Assembly (NCBI RefSeq): GCF_963674925.2
Contig: NZ_CAXXRE010000003.1
Span: 2,047,199-2,111,198 of the forward strand
DNA from: an uncultured Draconibacterium sp.
GTDB lineage: Bacteria; Bacteroidota; Bacteroidia; Bacteroidales; Prolixibacteraceae
Length of the DNA stretch: 64,000 nt
Reading direction: 5' to 3'
Made by a program: the position numbers and the translations under genes. Below the pieces are notes generated by a model. It was given only the letters and a program-made list of their open reading frames with translations. It did no database searches and was not told where the DNA came from. Each line of letters starts with the position of its first letter. Position 1 is the first letter of the stretch. Below are positions 8,801 to 17,700 of the stretch, piece by piece.

Positions 8801-10355
8801 TATAAATGTTTTTCATCATCAGGTTCCAGGTTGGTTTTCCCGGCGACAAGTTGGTGCCTTTCAGCAACTTCATAAAAAGTGTTTGCGGCGCATCAATACC
8901 GTCGGTTGAGAATTCACCTACCTGAAATGTTTGGCCGTTGTAGGTAAAGTTAAAGGCTACTGCCAAAACTTCATCGGTATTTAAAGCACTGTTTAACGAA
9001 ATATATCCCAATTGTTTGTTGATGGTAAATTCAGTATCGTTCAGTTTTCGTGCCTGCTCAATTTTTTCAAAGTCGGTTCCGCCTTTAAAATCCTCCCCGA
9101 ATTGTGACATTACACTGGTAATATTCTGTACCTGACGAACATCACTGTAGGTGGTCTTCATTTCGTTGTAAAGGCCGTTGGCCTCGTTGTTTGGGAATAG
9201 ATTTAGAGGGTAGGGCAGTCCGTTATTTTGCTGAAACTGCGGAATCGGGTTGTAAATATGCGGATCGTGTTCGGCTAAATCCTGAAAGGCCAGAATGTTT
9301 CGCGAATCATCAAAATCGTTTGATTTATTGGTTACCCAAACTTCTACTTTGTTGATGGTGATGGGCGAACGCGGAATAGCCGTGCTTTGCAACCATTCGT
9401 TGTAGTGATCGCGGAAATATTGTGCCAGGAAAAAGTGGCGGTTGGCATCGTAATTGGCCGCTGACATATCGAAAGTGGCCACCTGGGCACCTCCTTCGGT
9501 TTCCACTGTTCTGGATTCACCGCGGTGTTGCGAAAACAGCGTGGTAACCGTAAGCTTGCCGAACTGCATTTCGGCTTTAACACCAAACAGGTTGGAAGCT
9601 CCGGTTATTAACGAACCGTTTAGGGGCAACGACACATTACCGGCTTCAATACGTTGTAGTATTTCATCTTCGTCGCCGGTGTACTCAAGGTTCATTTTGT
9701 TTTCGTAATCAAAAGTAGCCTCGGTGTTGTAGTTCACCCGCATATTCATTTTTGTACCGATCTGGCCGGTAACGTTCATCTGAATTTTCTCGTCGAAATC
9801 AAAAGTCGGAACTTTTCGCAACCGTTCGGGAATCGACGGATTTTCAGTTTTATTTACCTGGTAGCCAAAACTTACTTCAACATAACCCTGCGGCTGTATA
9901 TTGATGGTGTTTCCTCCGAAAATACGGTTAAACGCCTCGCTGCCAATTGTAAGTTTTGGCAGCAGTCCTCCACGGGCATCAATCGATTCCTGATGTGTTC
10001 TCATTCGCCAGTAATCCTGAATCGATTTATCGAAATCATATTCGAGGTAATCGTCGAGCGACATACTTTGCGGCAAACGGTAATTCAGCGATCCCACCTT
10101 TTCGTAAAACACGTACTGACCTGTAATCGGGTCGTACTCAATTTCGTATTTTATGTTGCTGGGCTTGTTGAGGTATAATTTCGACGAATCCTGGGTAGGA
10201 TATCCAAAAGCCGGCTGGTCTTCGAAGGGGTATGGCAATGTGCCCGTTGTATCTATTTCAGGCACTTCCTGAGCTTCTCCGTAGAAAGGAACTGAAAGGG
10301 CAAAAAATACAAATAGAATGAAGAATATTTTAGGTAAACTTCGGCTAAGTGTCAT
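2868..10355 (-). CDS. sprA: Type IX secretion system outer-membrane translocon SprA/Sov
   Basis: 2495 aa; FDFDEKIQMNVTGQIG, GNVSLPLNGSLITG, YIDDFE, RWGGIMR, WANELRL motifs; C-terminal Phe-rich beta strand; conserved ruvA-sprA synteny. Confidence 0.95.
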   Translation of the reverse strand: MTLSRSLPKIFFILFVFFALSVPFYGEAQEVPEIDTTGTLPYPFEDQPAFGYPTQDSSKLYLNKPSNIKYEIEYDPITGQYVFYEKVGSLNYRLPQSMSLDDYLEYDFDKSIQDYWRMRTHQESIDARGGLLPKLTIGSEAFNRIFGGNTINIQPQGYVEVSFGYQVNKTENPSIPERLRKVPTFDFDEKIQMNVTGQIGTKMNMRVNYNTEATFDYENKMNLEYTGDEDEILQRIEAGNVSLPLNGSLITGASNLFGVKAEMQFGKLTVTTLFSQHRGESRTVETEGGAQVATFDMSAANYDANRHFFLAQYFRDHYNEWLQSTAIPRSPITINKVEVWVTNKSNDFDDSRNILAFQDLAEHDPHIYNPIPQFQQNNGLPYPLNLFPNNEANGLYNEMKTTYSDVRQVQNITSVMSQFGEDFKGGTDFEKIEQARKLNDTEFTINKQLGYISLNSALNTDEVLAVAFNFTYNGQTFQVGEFSTDGIDAPQTLFMKLLKGTNLSPGKPTWNLMMKNIYNLNAYQLSSDDFELNVVYQNDSTGTYINYLPASRIQGHILLEVMRLDMLNSQLDPTKDGVFDYVEGITVNSNSGRIIFPVVEPFGSHLADSLQNPSDIERFTFQTLYDSTQVKAEQDAEHNKFRLTGSYKGSSSSDIALGTLNLTQGSVTVTAGGQVLTENVDYTVDYTLGRVKIINQALLEAGTPIQVATESEDLFTMQRKTLMGTHANYAFSDNFNIGATMLWMNERPLTEKVDYGEDPISNMIYGMDARYNTEAPFITKALDALPFYSTTATSSIDVEAEFAQLIPGSSKSINGAVYIDDFESTKTAIDMRTRSAWMLASTPQNQNNMFPEANLSNSLEYGMNRAKLAWYNIDPLFLRNNSLTPDYIKNDRDLQSNHLVREVFEQEIFPEREFTTGEPTNIAVLDLAFYPKERGPYNYDTGNSSNAAGVNPDGTLRDPESRWGGIMREIQTSDFENANIEYIEFWMMDPYVDPDDDWGPLEPMENEGELYFNLGEISEDVLKDSRKSFENGLPTTAEPTNVDTTIWGRVSTQQSLVNAFDNTVNSREYQDIGFDGLNDDDEQTHFQQYLQELELKVNNEVYLKALDDPSSDNFHYFRGSDYDRDQVSILARYKQYNGPEGNSPTTEMSPESYPTSATTLPDIEDINDDNTLNEYERYFQYKVSIKKEDMVVGRNYIVDKRSRPVQLKNGKTGEAAWYQFKIPVTKPDAVIGGINDFSSIRFMRMFLHGFQDSAVMRFATLDLVRADWRRYTGDILEDGGIPSTDAQFDISAVSIEENSGRSPVNYILPPGVSRVIDPANPQLRQLNEQSIEMKVTQLETGDARAAYKPLYMDFRRYKTLKMDVHAEEIEEYPLENDELYFFIRLGSDYNYNYYEYEVPLTLTPEGNYNGDIESDRYIVWPDQNRINIPLELFTNLKLERNDAMRVEGSGISMQDIFEGSHKGWNDGKNRVKVKGSPNLGNVEVMMMGVRNKRGQVNTGPKSVIVWANELRLTDFDDEGGWAANARVSTRLADLGSVVVAGRKRTAGFGSIDENINNRMIDDLDEIDVSASIDWGRFFPERAGVRIPMYYGYSNSTATPKYDPINPDIELKESLSHARTSSEKDSIKNISQDVIERKSLNFTNVKVEPQRQKEKTHLWDPENFAVTYSYNETSKRNITTEYNVNRTHRFMFSYNYSNRPKLIQPFSKVQLLQKGPLKLIGDFNFYPLPTQISYRTDLFRKYHERHSRNITNPNLILPSTFDKDFLWNRYLDIRYDVTRSLKVDFSSRGTSRIDEPEGRINKNDDDYEWKRDSILTNLWNLGRPTIYNHSFNATYQVPLRSIKALNFMSGTVRYSGTYEWAAGSLTNDDINIGNIITNSRNLTLTGNANFQTLFNKVPYFKEVDQKFRRTGRGRGSLNSRSTRGGANQQAEPLQRKQEETFSRSAKFTADQGQKFAHKLNTKKIKVLVTDVDGKTVPGKTNIIDANTIEFVPSVDVQQAMLTVTGKRGDQTFAKDMLDLTTRMVIGIRTFTVNYSKNGGTVLPGFLPEPTLFGTGKFSGDPQWGTETPDPKLAPGLPFLFGWQDRNFAIKAAENGWLTIDSTLNQPFQIMENERINLRTLWEPLPDLRIDINANRSISKNITEFYNYDTNSGSFVANSYSESGNFSMSTLTLGTAFFKIGKEEVTSSDAFENMKEYRRVIAHRLAQQRGTSAGYDPSAPNENYPGYPDGYGPNSVEVLVPAFLAAYQNKSPEDVSLGLFPSLKYMRPNWSIRYEGMVSRIPGLNKVMRSMNFQHTYRSTYNVGSYATNLNFIAAEDGYTMVRDLADNFVPAYDFNTVSIVEAFNPLINIDIMWLSDLTTRGEIKRARNLNLSLSNNQLTEILSNEYTFGLGYRFTRMDLIIKTKNSQQAYSNDLNVRADISYRKTKTLLRQLDDDSNQITAGQGNFTLKTYADYRLSDKFEMRVYYDRIINDPFTSLSYRTTNANFGVSFRFTLAN

Positions 10356-10441
10356 TTCATTAAAATTACTACAACAAAGGCTTTTCGAAAAAAAATGGTT
10401 GCTACTTCCCGTTAGGTTTTCTTTTTCGAAAATGGTAAATT

Positions 10442-11023
10442 TTATAACCTTTTCAATGCTTGTTTTATAACGCTTTCCACGTTTGCGTCAGGTTGTTCCT
10501 GAAGTATCTTCGTTACTACTTTTTCTGCATCTTTTTTTGCAAAACCAAGCATGACTAATGCAGATAACGATTCATTCCTGATTGTATTGTCTGCAGCAGC
10601 TAAAATTTGCCCCGAATCGGGTATTTTTCCGAGTTTATCTTTTAAGTCGATTATGATACGTTGTGCCGTTTTTGCACCAATACCTTTTACAGCTTTTAAA
10701 ACAGCCACATTTTCGGTTGTTACAGCTGCCTTTAATTCATCGGGATTTAACGACGAAAGCATCATGTTTGCCGTGCTGGCTCCAACTCCATTCACCGAAA
10801 TCAGGTTGCGAAATAATTCACGTTCGGTGGTGGTGGCAAAACCATACAATGTATGAGCATCCTCGCGAACTACCTGGTGGATAAAAACTTTCACTTCCTT
10901 TTTTCCGTTAAGTGCGCTGTAAGTGTTCAACGAAATATGAACAAAGTAGCCAACGCCGGAAGTTTCTACCACAACATGCGTTGCGCTTATTTCGGCAATG
11001 TTACCCTTAATGAATTCGTACAT
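10442..11023 (-). CDS. ruvA: Holliday junction branch migration protein RuvA
   Basis: VREDAHTLYGF, LISVNGVG, VKGIGAKTAQRIIIDLKDK, ALVMLGF. Confidence 0.97.
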   Translation of the reverse strand: MYEFIKGNIAEISATHVVVETSGVGYFVHISLNTYSALNGKKEVKVFIHQVVREDAHTLYGFATTTERELFRNLISVNGVGASTANMMLSSLNPDELKAAVTTENVAVLKAVKGIGAKTAQRIIIDLKDKLGKIPDSGQILAAADNTIRNESLSALVMLGFAKKDAEKVVTKILQEQPDANVESVIKQALKRL

Positions 11024-11035
11024 AGCAAAGCTTTT

Positions 11036-12142
11036 TTAGATTGTATCTTCCTCCTCTGATGCTTCAATATCAACACTTTCATCAACCTGGTTGGGGTTAA
11101 TGTCGTATTTTCTCAGCGGATTTTTACTGATCTCGCTGTAAATACTGCGGTTTTTATAAACATCGATAGCAAGGTACAAAGCCTGGCGGAATGATTCGGG
11201 TGATGCTTTACCTTCTCCGGCAATGGCGTAAGCGGTACCATGTGCCGGCGATGTGCGAATGGCAGGAAGTCCGGCAGTATAGTTCACGCCACGTTCGAAC
11301 GAGGCCAGCTTAAACGGAATTAAGCCCTGGTCGTGATACATGGCCAGTATGGCATCAAATTTCCGGTAATCTTCCGATCCAAAAAATCCATCGGCAGGAT
11401 AGGGACCCAGGGCCATAATGCCCTCTTTTTTAGCCTGAATAACAGCAGGCAGAATTATTTCTTTGTCTTCACTTCCAATCAATCCGTTGTCGCCGGCATG
11501 CGGATTAAGGCCAAAAACGGCAATTCGCGGTTTGGTAATGGCAAAGTCTTGCTGAAGAGATTTGGCTATGATTCTGATCTTTGAAAGAATTATATCTTTA
11601 TTCAGGCTTTCAGACACCTTCGAAATAGGAATGTGTGTGGTAACCACACCAATTTTAAGCGATTCGCTCACCATTAACATGGCGTAGTCTTTGGTGTCGA
11701 ATTTTTGTGCCAGAAACTCGGTATGTCCCGGGAAATTAAATTCTTCACTTTGAATGTTGTCTTTGTTGATTGGTGCGGTAATCAGTGCATCAATATATCC
11801 TTTTTGAAGATCGCTGGTAGCACGGTCAAGAGCTTCAAACGATGAAACTCCGGCTTCGGTGGTTGATTTTCCCAATTCAACCCGAATATTTTCGTCAACA
11901 CAATTTATTATGTTTGCTTTTCTGGGTAGCAACTCTTTGGTACTGCGAACGTGGTTAAAGCTTACATCGTTTATATCGAGTGCTTTACGGTGGTAGGCTG
12001 CTACTTTAGGAGAGCCATAAACAACAGGTGTGCACATTTCGAGAATACGCGGATCGGAAAGCGTTTTTAAAATTACTTCATATCCAATACCGTTTATATC
12101 TCCGTGAGTAATTCCTATGCGTATTGTATCTTGTTTTGCCAT
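11036..12142 (-). CDS. pdxA: 4-hydroxythreonine-4-phosphate dehydrogenase
   Basis: GDINGIGYE, TAPINK, FPGHTE, GLNPHAGDNG, AMYHDQGLIPFK, RTSPAHGTA. Confidence 0.93.
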   Translation of the reverse strand: MAKQDTIRIGITHGDINGIGYEVILKTLSDPRILEMCTPVVYGSPKVAAYHRKALDINDVSFNHVRSTKELLPRKANIINCVDENIRVELGKSTTEAGVSSFEALDRATSDLQKGYIDALITAPINKDNIQSEEFNFPGHTEFLAQKFDTKDYAMLMVSESLKIGVVTTHIPISKVSESLNKDIILSKIRIIAKSLQQDFAITKPRIAVFGLNPHAGDNGLIGSEDKEIILPAVIQAKKEGIMALGPYPADGFFGSEDYRKFDAILAMYHDQGLIPFKLASFERGVNYTAGLPAIRTSPAHGTAYAIAGEGKASPESFRQALYLAIDVYKNRSIYSEISKNPLRKYDINPNQVDESVDIEASEEEDTI

Positions 12143-12268
12143 TGTACTTTATTTCAGAAAATTTGCCCTTTTTTATAAGGTGTCGCAAAGTTAATTTATT
12201 TAATTTAAATAAGCATGATCTTATTTCTGCGCGAATACTATGCTGTTTGTGCTTAAGCGGAGTGTTTC

Positions 12269-13693
12269 TTATTTTGTTTGTGATTTCAGAAAATCATAAA
12301 GTAATCGCGTGCCAAAACCTGTTCCTCCGGCAGGGCGGTATGCCTCCTTTTCTTTCCGGAAAGCGGGTCCGGCCATGTCAACATGTATCCAGTTGTAATC
12401 GGTAAAATGTTCCAGAAATTTTCCGGCTATCGTTGTTTGTCCTTCGCGTGTACCAAGGTTATTCAGGTCGGCAATAGGTGATTTTAACGGCGCGCCGTAT
12501 TCCTCCCAAAGCGGAACTTCTATCAGGCGTTCGTAGGTGTTTAATCCCGATTTTTTTAATTGTTCCACCTTTTCGGCGGTGTTTCCCATAACCACCGCGG
12601 CGTGTGGCCCGGCAATAATATCGGCCGAGCCGGTTAAGGTTGCGCAATCAATTACCAGTTGTGGCTGGTATTTTTTTGCATAGCTTAATGCGTCGGCCAG
12701 AATGAGTCTACCTTCGGCATCGGTGTTTTTGATTTCCACCGTGGTGCCATCGAACATTTTTATGATATCGCCCGGAACGTAAGCATTGCCATCGGGACGG
12801 TTGTCGGTTGCCGGAACCAGACCAACAATATGCAAGGGAAGTTTATTGAGGGCAGCAGCGTATATGGCTGCCACAATTCCGGCGGCTCCACCCATGTCCG
12901 ACTTCATGTAATCCATTGAGTTGGGTGTTGGTTTCAGACTTAGTCCGCCGGTGTCGTAAACAACTCCTTTTCCTACCAAAACAATGGCTTGTTGGTTTGT
13001 GGCATTTTCGGGTTTCCACTCAAGAATATTAAAAGTTGGCGGATCGATACTTCCCTTGTTTACGGCAAGCAGTCCGCCCATTTTTAGCGCTTCAATCTTT
13101 TTTTTGTGAAAAACTTCCAGGGAAAAACCGGCTTCGTCGCTTAGCTTTTCAATTTCTTTTGAGAACTGGTTTGCGGTAAGAAATGACAGTGGTTCGTTAA
13201 CCAGATCACGCGCAACAAAAGTTGCCTTTGTTGTATTTACAATCTCATCGATTTCCTCATTAGTGATCTTCTCCTCAACGATTAAAATATTTTCGATTTG
13301 AAATGTCTCTTTCTCCTTTTTGTATTTCTCGAAGGTGTAGGCGTTTAGCAGCAATCCTTCTAAAAATTCAGGTAAAAACCCGGCTTCACAAAAACTAGTG
13401 ATCTGCACAGAAGTTTCACCCGTTAATTTCAGGGCATCGTAAAGTTTTGTTCCGGCGACCCTTGCCAGTTCCGATTGCTGGTAGGGTTCTTTGTCGGTTT
13501 TTATTTTGCCAAAAAACAGGATGTTTGGAATGCGTGTAATTGTGCAGGTATCTTCCTTTTCAAACTTCTTTTGCAGGAACGACTTTTCTGTTTCCGAGAG
13601 TTGAATAGAAGCAGTTTCTTTTAAATCGGTACATAAACAGGCTAAAGAATGCTCTACCGTTATTTTGGAAGTAATGGATATTTTCGGGATCAT
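12269..13693 (-). CDS. pepA: Leucyl aminopeptidase (peptidase M17)
   Basis: VGKGVVYDTGG, MKSDMGGAA, NTDAEGRLILAD, ATLTG, VHVDMAG; start moved to ATG 13693 (MIPKIS) from the ORF-track 13816. Confidence 0.9.
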   Translation of the reverse strand: MIPKISITSKITVEHSLACLCTDLKETASIQLSETEKSFLQKKFEKEDTCTITRIPNILFFGKIKTDKEPYQQSELARVAGTKLYDALKLTGETSVQITSFCEAGFLPEFLEGLLLNAYTFEKYKKEKETFQIENILIVEEKITNEEIDEIVNTTKATFVARDLVNEPLSFLTANQFSKEIEKLSDEAGFSLEVFHKKKIEALKMGGLLAVNKGSIDPPTFNILEWKPENATNQQAIVLVGKGVVYDTGGLSLKPTPNSMDYMKSDMGGAAGIVAAIYAAALNKLPLHIVGLVPATDNRPDGNAYVPGDIIKMFDGTTVEIKNTDAEGRLILADALSYAKKYQPQLVIDCATLTGSADIIAGPHAAVVMGNTAEKVEQLKKSGLNTYERLIEVPLWEEYGAPLKSPIADLNNLGTREGQTTIAGKFLEHFTDYNWIHVDMAGPAFRKEKEAYRPAGGTGFGTRLLYDFLKSQTK

Positions 13694-13838
13694 AGTTTTT
13701 ATTTTTAAGCTAAAATAACGATTAAAAACAAGTTGTATTAACTGAAATAAATTAAACAGTTGACAGCGGAGTGTTAATTCTCCGGAGAACTTTGCCTCTT
13801 CAAATAATTTAACCAATCAAATGTTGGTTAGCGGACAC

Positions 13839-13867
13839 AAAAAAGGACCTTAAATAAGGCCCTTTTT
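13839..13867. terminator. Intrinsic terminator downstream of sodN
   Basis: aaaaaaggacctta-aa-taaggccctttttc, stem with A/T tails. Confidence 0.7.
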
Positions 13868-13887
13868 CTATTTTGTAATCGTACTTT

Positions 13888-14364
13888 TTAATGATCGTCG
13901 CCAAAATAGGCGTGCTCAAAAAGGTGAAGTTTTTCGCGCAATGTATCAATAATACTTAAGTCGGTACTTTGTTTGCTTTTCATGGCAAAAACCGAAAGAT
14001 GGTGCAAAAGCTCCAGTTGTTTTACATATTTTCTATATGCTGCCTCGTCGGCCGATGAGGTTATTTTTACACGTTGGTGCAAAAAATACTGGCTAACAAT
14101 TTCCTGCATTTCTTTAGCATGCTCTTCTTTGTTCATTACCCAACGAACCAACTGGTTGTAATCGGGATTTTCCGATTTTGATAGTTCGTTGATCTGGTTC
14201 ATCGATTTTTCAATGGTTTCAATGTGTTCGTATAACAGGGCAATGCGAACCGAGTCGCCGTAAATTCCACAAGGAATTTCGCAATGTGCTTTTGCCTGAA
14301 AACCTGAAAGTGCAATAATGCCCATGATTAAGGCCGCGGAAAAAAGTTTTGTAATTTTTTTCAT
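13888..14364 (-). CDS. sodN: Nickel superoxide dismutase precursor with Sec-type signal peptide
   Basis: Ni-hook HCEIPCGIY immediately after MKKITKLFSAALIMGIIALSGFQAKA; NQLVRWVMNKEEHA, QYFLHQRVK; start ATG 14364. Confidence 0.9.
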   Translation of the reverse strand: MKKITKLFSAALIMGIIALSGFQAKAHCEIPCGIYGDSVRIALLYEHIETIEKSMNQINELSKSENPDYNQLVRWVMNKEEHAKEMQEIVSQYFLHQRVKITSSADEAAYRKYVKQLELLHHLSVFAMKSKQSTDLSIIDTLREKLHLFEHAYFGDDH

Positions 14365-14494
14365 TTCTCTATTTTGAATGTTTGTATTTAATAACTGTCT
14401 GTATAACAATAAAAGAAGAATATGGTTTGAGTTTGTTCCATATTTTCCTTTGATGAGGGATCGAATTTTTAATTGAATTTTTTTAGAAAAAAGT

Positions 14495-14524
14495 TTTGAC
14501 TTTTAAGAAAAGCTATTACTTTTG
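14495..14524 (+). promoter_or_regulatory. Bacteroidota sigma-A type promoter of tRNA-Asn
   Basis: TTTG (14495-14498), 18 nt spacer, TACTTTTG (14517-14524) matching TAnnTTTG. Confidence 0.6.
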
Positions 14525-14569
14525 CATCGCTTTTGAAAACAAAACGTATTCAAAGCTGGAAGGAAATCT

Positions 14570-14646
14570 TCCCCAGTAGCTCAGTTGGTTAGAGCGGCGG
14601 ACTGTTAATCCGTAGGTCGTTGGTTCAAGTCCAACCTGGGGAGCCA
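14570..14646 (+). tRNA. tRNA-Asn (GTT), CCA encoded
   Basis: Full cloverleaf: TCCCCAG/CTGGGGA acceptor stem, GCGGA-CTGTTAA-TCCGT anticodon arm, GTTGG-TTCAAGT-CCAAC T arm. Confidence 0.98.
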
Positions 14647-14655
14647 CCAAAAATT

Positions 14656-14683
14656 AAAGAGGTCAATTTCGACCTCTTTTTTT
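14656..14683 (+). terminator. Hairpin/terminator after tRNA-Asn (also first copy of the junction repeat arm)
   Basis: AAAGAGGTC-AATTTC-GACCTCTTT plus T run. Confidence 0.8.
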
Positions 14684-14741
14684 GTGCCCGGATTTTTGAA
14701 CCCCTTTTAAATAAGTTGATTCCTTTACGCACAAAAGACAT

Positions 14742-17700
14742 TTATTTTAATGCACTTGCGTAGGTTATAAAAGGAATGATATCCCCATTTTTAAAGGAAC
14801 TTGTACCGTCGTATTCTAAAGTTACAATAGGTATACCCGTTATTTCTTCCATCTTCGATTTCATGGCTTCGGTTACCAGTGACGGGCAGCAATACGATGG
14901 ATTTGTTTGCACGAATAAAGCAATATCCGGATAATGCTCCATTAAGTGAATGATTTTCAGTGCGTTTTCAAACGACTCTCCGTTATATGAATTATTCAGG
15001 TTAAACTTTTTCAGCTTTTCTTTGTAAGTTTTTAGCGGTTTGGAAATAGGTTCATGCAAAATTTCATTGAATAGATTTAAATATTTCTCTTCCAGTTGTG
15101 TCGCAATTGAAACAAGAAAATGTTGCAATGATGCTTTCATAAAAAAACCTTGTTTTATTAAGCGGTTATTGGTAGCATAAGCAATAATCTTAATGTATTC
15201 GCTGTAAGGTGTTGTAATTGCTTCACCCCCGTTTTTCTCGATGAATTTTATTAGGTGCTGATTAAACACATCGTTGTCGCGCACATACAAGTCACCAAAA
15301 ATTGCCACTTTGGGTCGTGATTCAGTTTTTAACTCAACCGCCTTACTCCATTCGATTACCTGTTTTAATGCCTCTTCTTTCGAGCTTCCATTCATAAAAG
15401 TTTGATAGAGAAGTTCGATTGCCTTTTTCACTAAAATATCGGTTTGCCCGAGTTGTATTTCATATGGTCTGAGTTTACATTCTATTTTGCGAAGAAATCC
15501 TCCAAACAGAAATGCCAGGTATGAATTAACAGAAGTATTGATTGAAATATCAGCAAAAGTGATTTGCCCGCAATACAATCTCAATTTCCGAAATTCCTCC
15601 TGCTGCTCTGTCAACACTTTCGACATGTAATTGATAAACATACCAAGGTTGCATGAAACCGGAGATTCGATCATCCACAACACTGTATTTGCCGGGTCGA
15701 GTTTGTTTGCCTTAATATAATCGAATGCATTTTGAAGGATAATATTTAAAGGCAAACACTGACCTGAATTTGAATTCAAACTCTGTTTTATCGATTCTTC
15801 TGTGTCGAAAAGAGTATGTGCGTCAATTCCAATCCGCCGTAAATTGGCTTCAAGCAGTTTCGATGCATATTCTCCCAAAGAGGGCAGTAATAGCGTTTTC
15901 CCTTTTAATTCAGTAGCCTGGGTTATCAAATTGTTTGCCGATTTAACCCTTCCATTTTTGCGTGATTCTTCATGCTTGTGAAAATGATTTTGGAATGAAC
16001 GAAGCGCCGCTTCAATACGTGTTTCATAACCTACATTCGAATCGTATTCATCCAGTTGTAATATTAAATACGGTTTTCCGTAAAAATCCATTATTTGCTT
16101 GAAGTATTCAATAACAAACGAATCGGGAGAACATTTAAAGGAAGAAATAAGTACAGGAAATAAATCTTTAGTTCGGGCAACATAGTCTGTCGCGGTAAGA
16201 ATTGCAGCAGCAAATTTCCATTTTGTGGAACTTAAAATTTCACGCAGACTATCGATCTCATTTTCATCTACTTTTAACATATTCTGATAAAAGGTTTTCA
16301 CTCCTTTTTTTGCAAATATTTCCGGAATATTATTATTCATTACAGGTGTTAAAACCGTGTAAGGCCTTCCCAGTAAAACTACTTTCAGGTTTGGATCAGT
16401 TGAAGATATTTTTTGAAATTCATCTTTCCATGCGGTTAATCTTTCCTGTTTTTCGCGTTTGGCCTTGTTGAATGCATTTGAAACGTCAATCAGCGTGATG
16501 CCTGTTAATCCTGCTCTTCGAAGTGATTGAAACAGCTCATTTTTTAATTTCAATTCATTTTGAAGTGAGAAAAGCAAGGGATTAATTATTTTATTTTGTT
16601 TGGCAATTTCATCAATCGAAGCAACAATAGGCGGTGCAAACTGGCTGTAGTAGCAGTACTGACGGCGCAGTTTTTTCGATTTTTGCCGTTCTTCAAGATA
16701 AGTCGGTAAAAATATAAAGTCGGATTTCGGGAGCAGAAATTTTACATGTCCATGAATGGCATTCATCGGAGAACAAAATTCAGCTCCCGAAATTCGTTTC
16801 CCCGTCTTAACAGCATCGCGACAGTTGGCACTGGTAATTGTTTTTATGTGTAGTAAATCAAAAAATCGTTGCCACAAAAACAGGTCTTCAAAAAGGTATA
16901 ATCCAGCCGGAATTCCAATCGTTATTTTAGATTGTTCTGAAAGTGTTGCTTTAAACCGAAACTGTGTATTATACGCTTTTATCAGGTTAAAACCGGAGGT
17001 ATTGTTATCGACAAATTTATTGGAGTCATAATCCCGTCCGCATAAAAATCCGTATGCTTCTTTTTCACCATCCAGTTCTGCAATTTTCAATTTACAATGA
17101 TTGGTGCATAACTCACATGTTTCAGTACGGACAGATATTTCGCTTTTTATAGAGTTTTATTCCCCTGAATTTTGTTTGAATTATCTTTTTATCAAATAAT
17201 TCAAGAGCAACTCCCATGGCACCGGTTAAATGGCAATATTTGGAAACCAAAATCGGTTTTTTCAATTTTTGCTCGAACGCAGCAACCAAAGCTTTGTTTT
17301 TAGCCGTTGCTCCCTGGAAAAAAATTTTATCCCCGATATTTTTTTCAATGGCAACTTTTAAAAGGTAATTTTCACGAACCGAATGTAAAACCGATGCCAG
17401 TATTTCGTTCGTGGAGTAATTGGCATTGAGGTAATGATTTAAATCCCGCTCCATAAAAACAGTACATCGGTCACTGGCCATCGGGGCAATTGTGTGCATT
17501 GCTTTATCCGAATATTCATTCAGGCTTACTCCCAGTTTTTTTGCCTGCTCTTCAATAAAACTACCAGTCCCGGCTGCACATACATTGTTCATCACCGAAA
17601 AAGTAACGCTTCCGTTTTTTAAGGTTGTAAATTTTGAATCCTGCCCGCCAATTTCAATAATGGTATCTACATCTGAATCCAATTCAATGGCGGCCCGTGC

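Noticed and set aside
3208-10178. Numerous 60-140 aa ORFs antisense or out of frame within sprA (likewise inside other long genes)
   Set aside because: Shadow ORFs fully overlapping well-supported genes, no motifs
2868-11023. ruvA-sprA adjacency
   Set aside because: Well-known conserved synteny in Bacteroidota, not novel
12269-13693. M17 aminopeptidase as the SodN maturase
   Set aside because: A terminator separates the genes, PepA lacks a signal peptide, and SPase I cleavage already explains His1
13694-13816. N-terminal extensions in the ORF track (pepA, sodN, padR, DUF6090, GH130, ATP-grasp, REC, AI-2E)
   Set aside because: Downstream ATGs with A-rich Bacteroidota initiation context give family-typical N-termini
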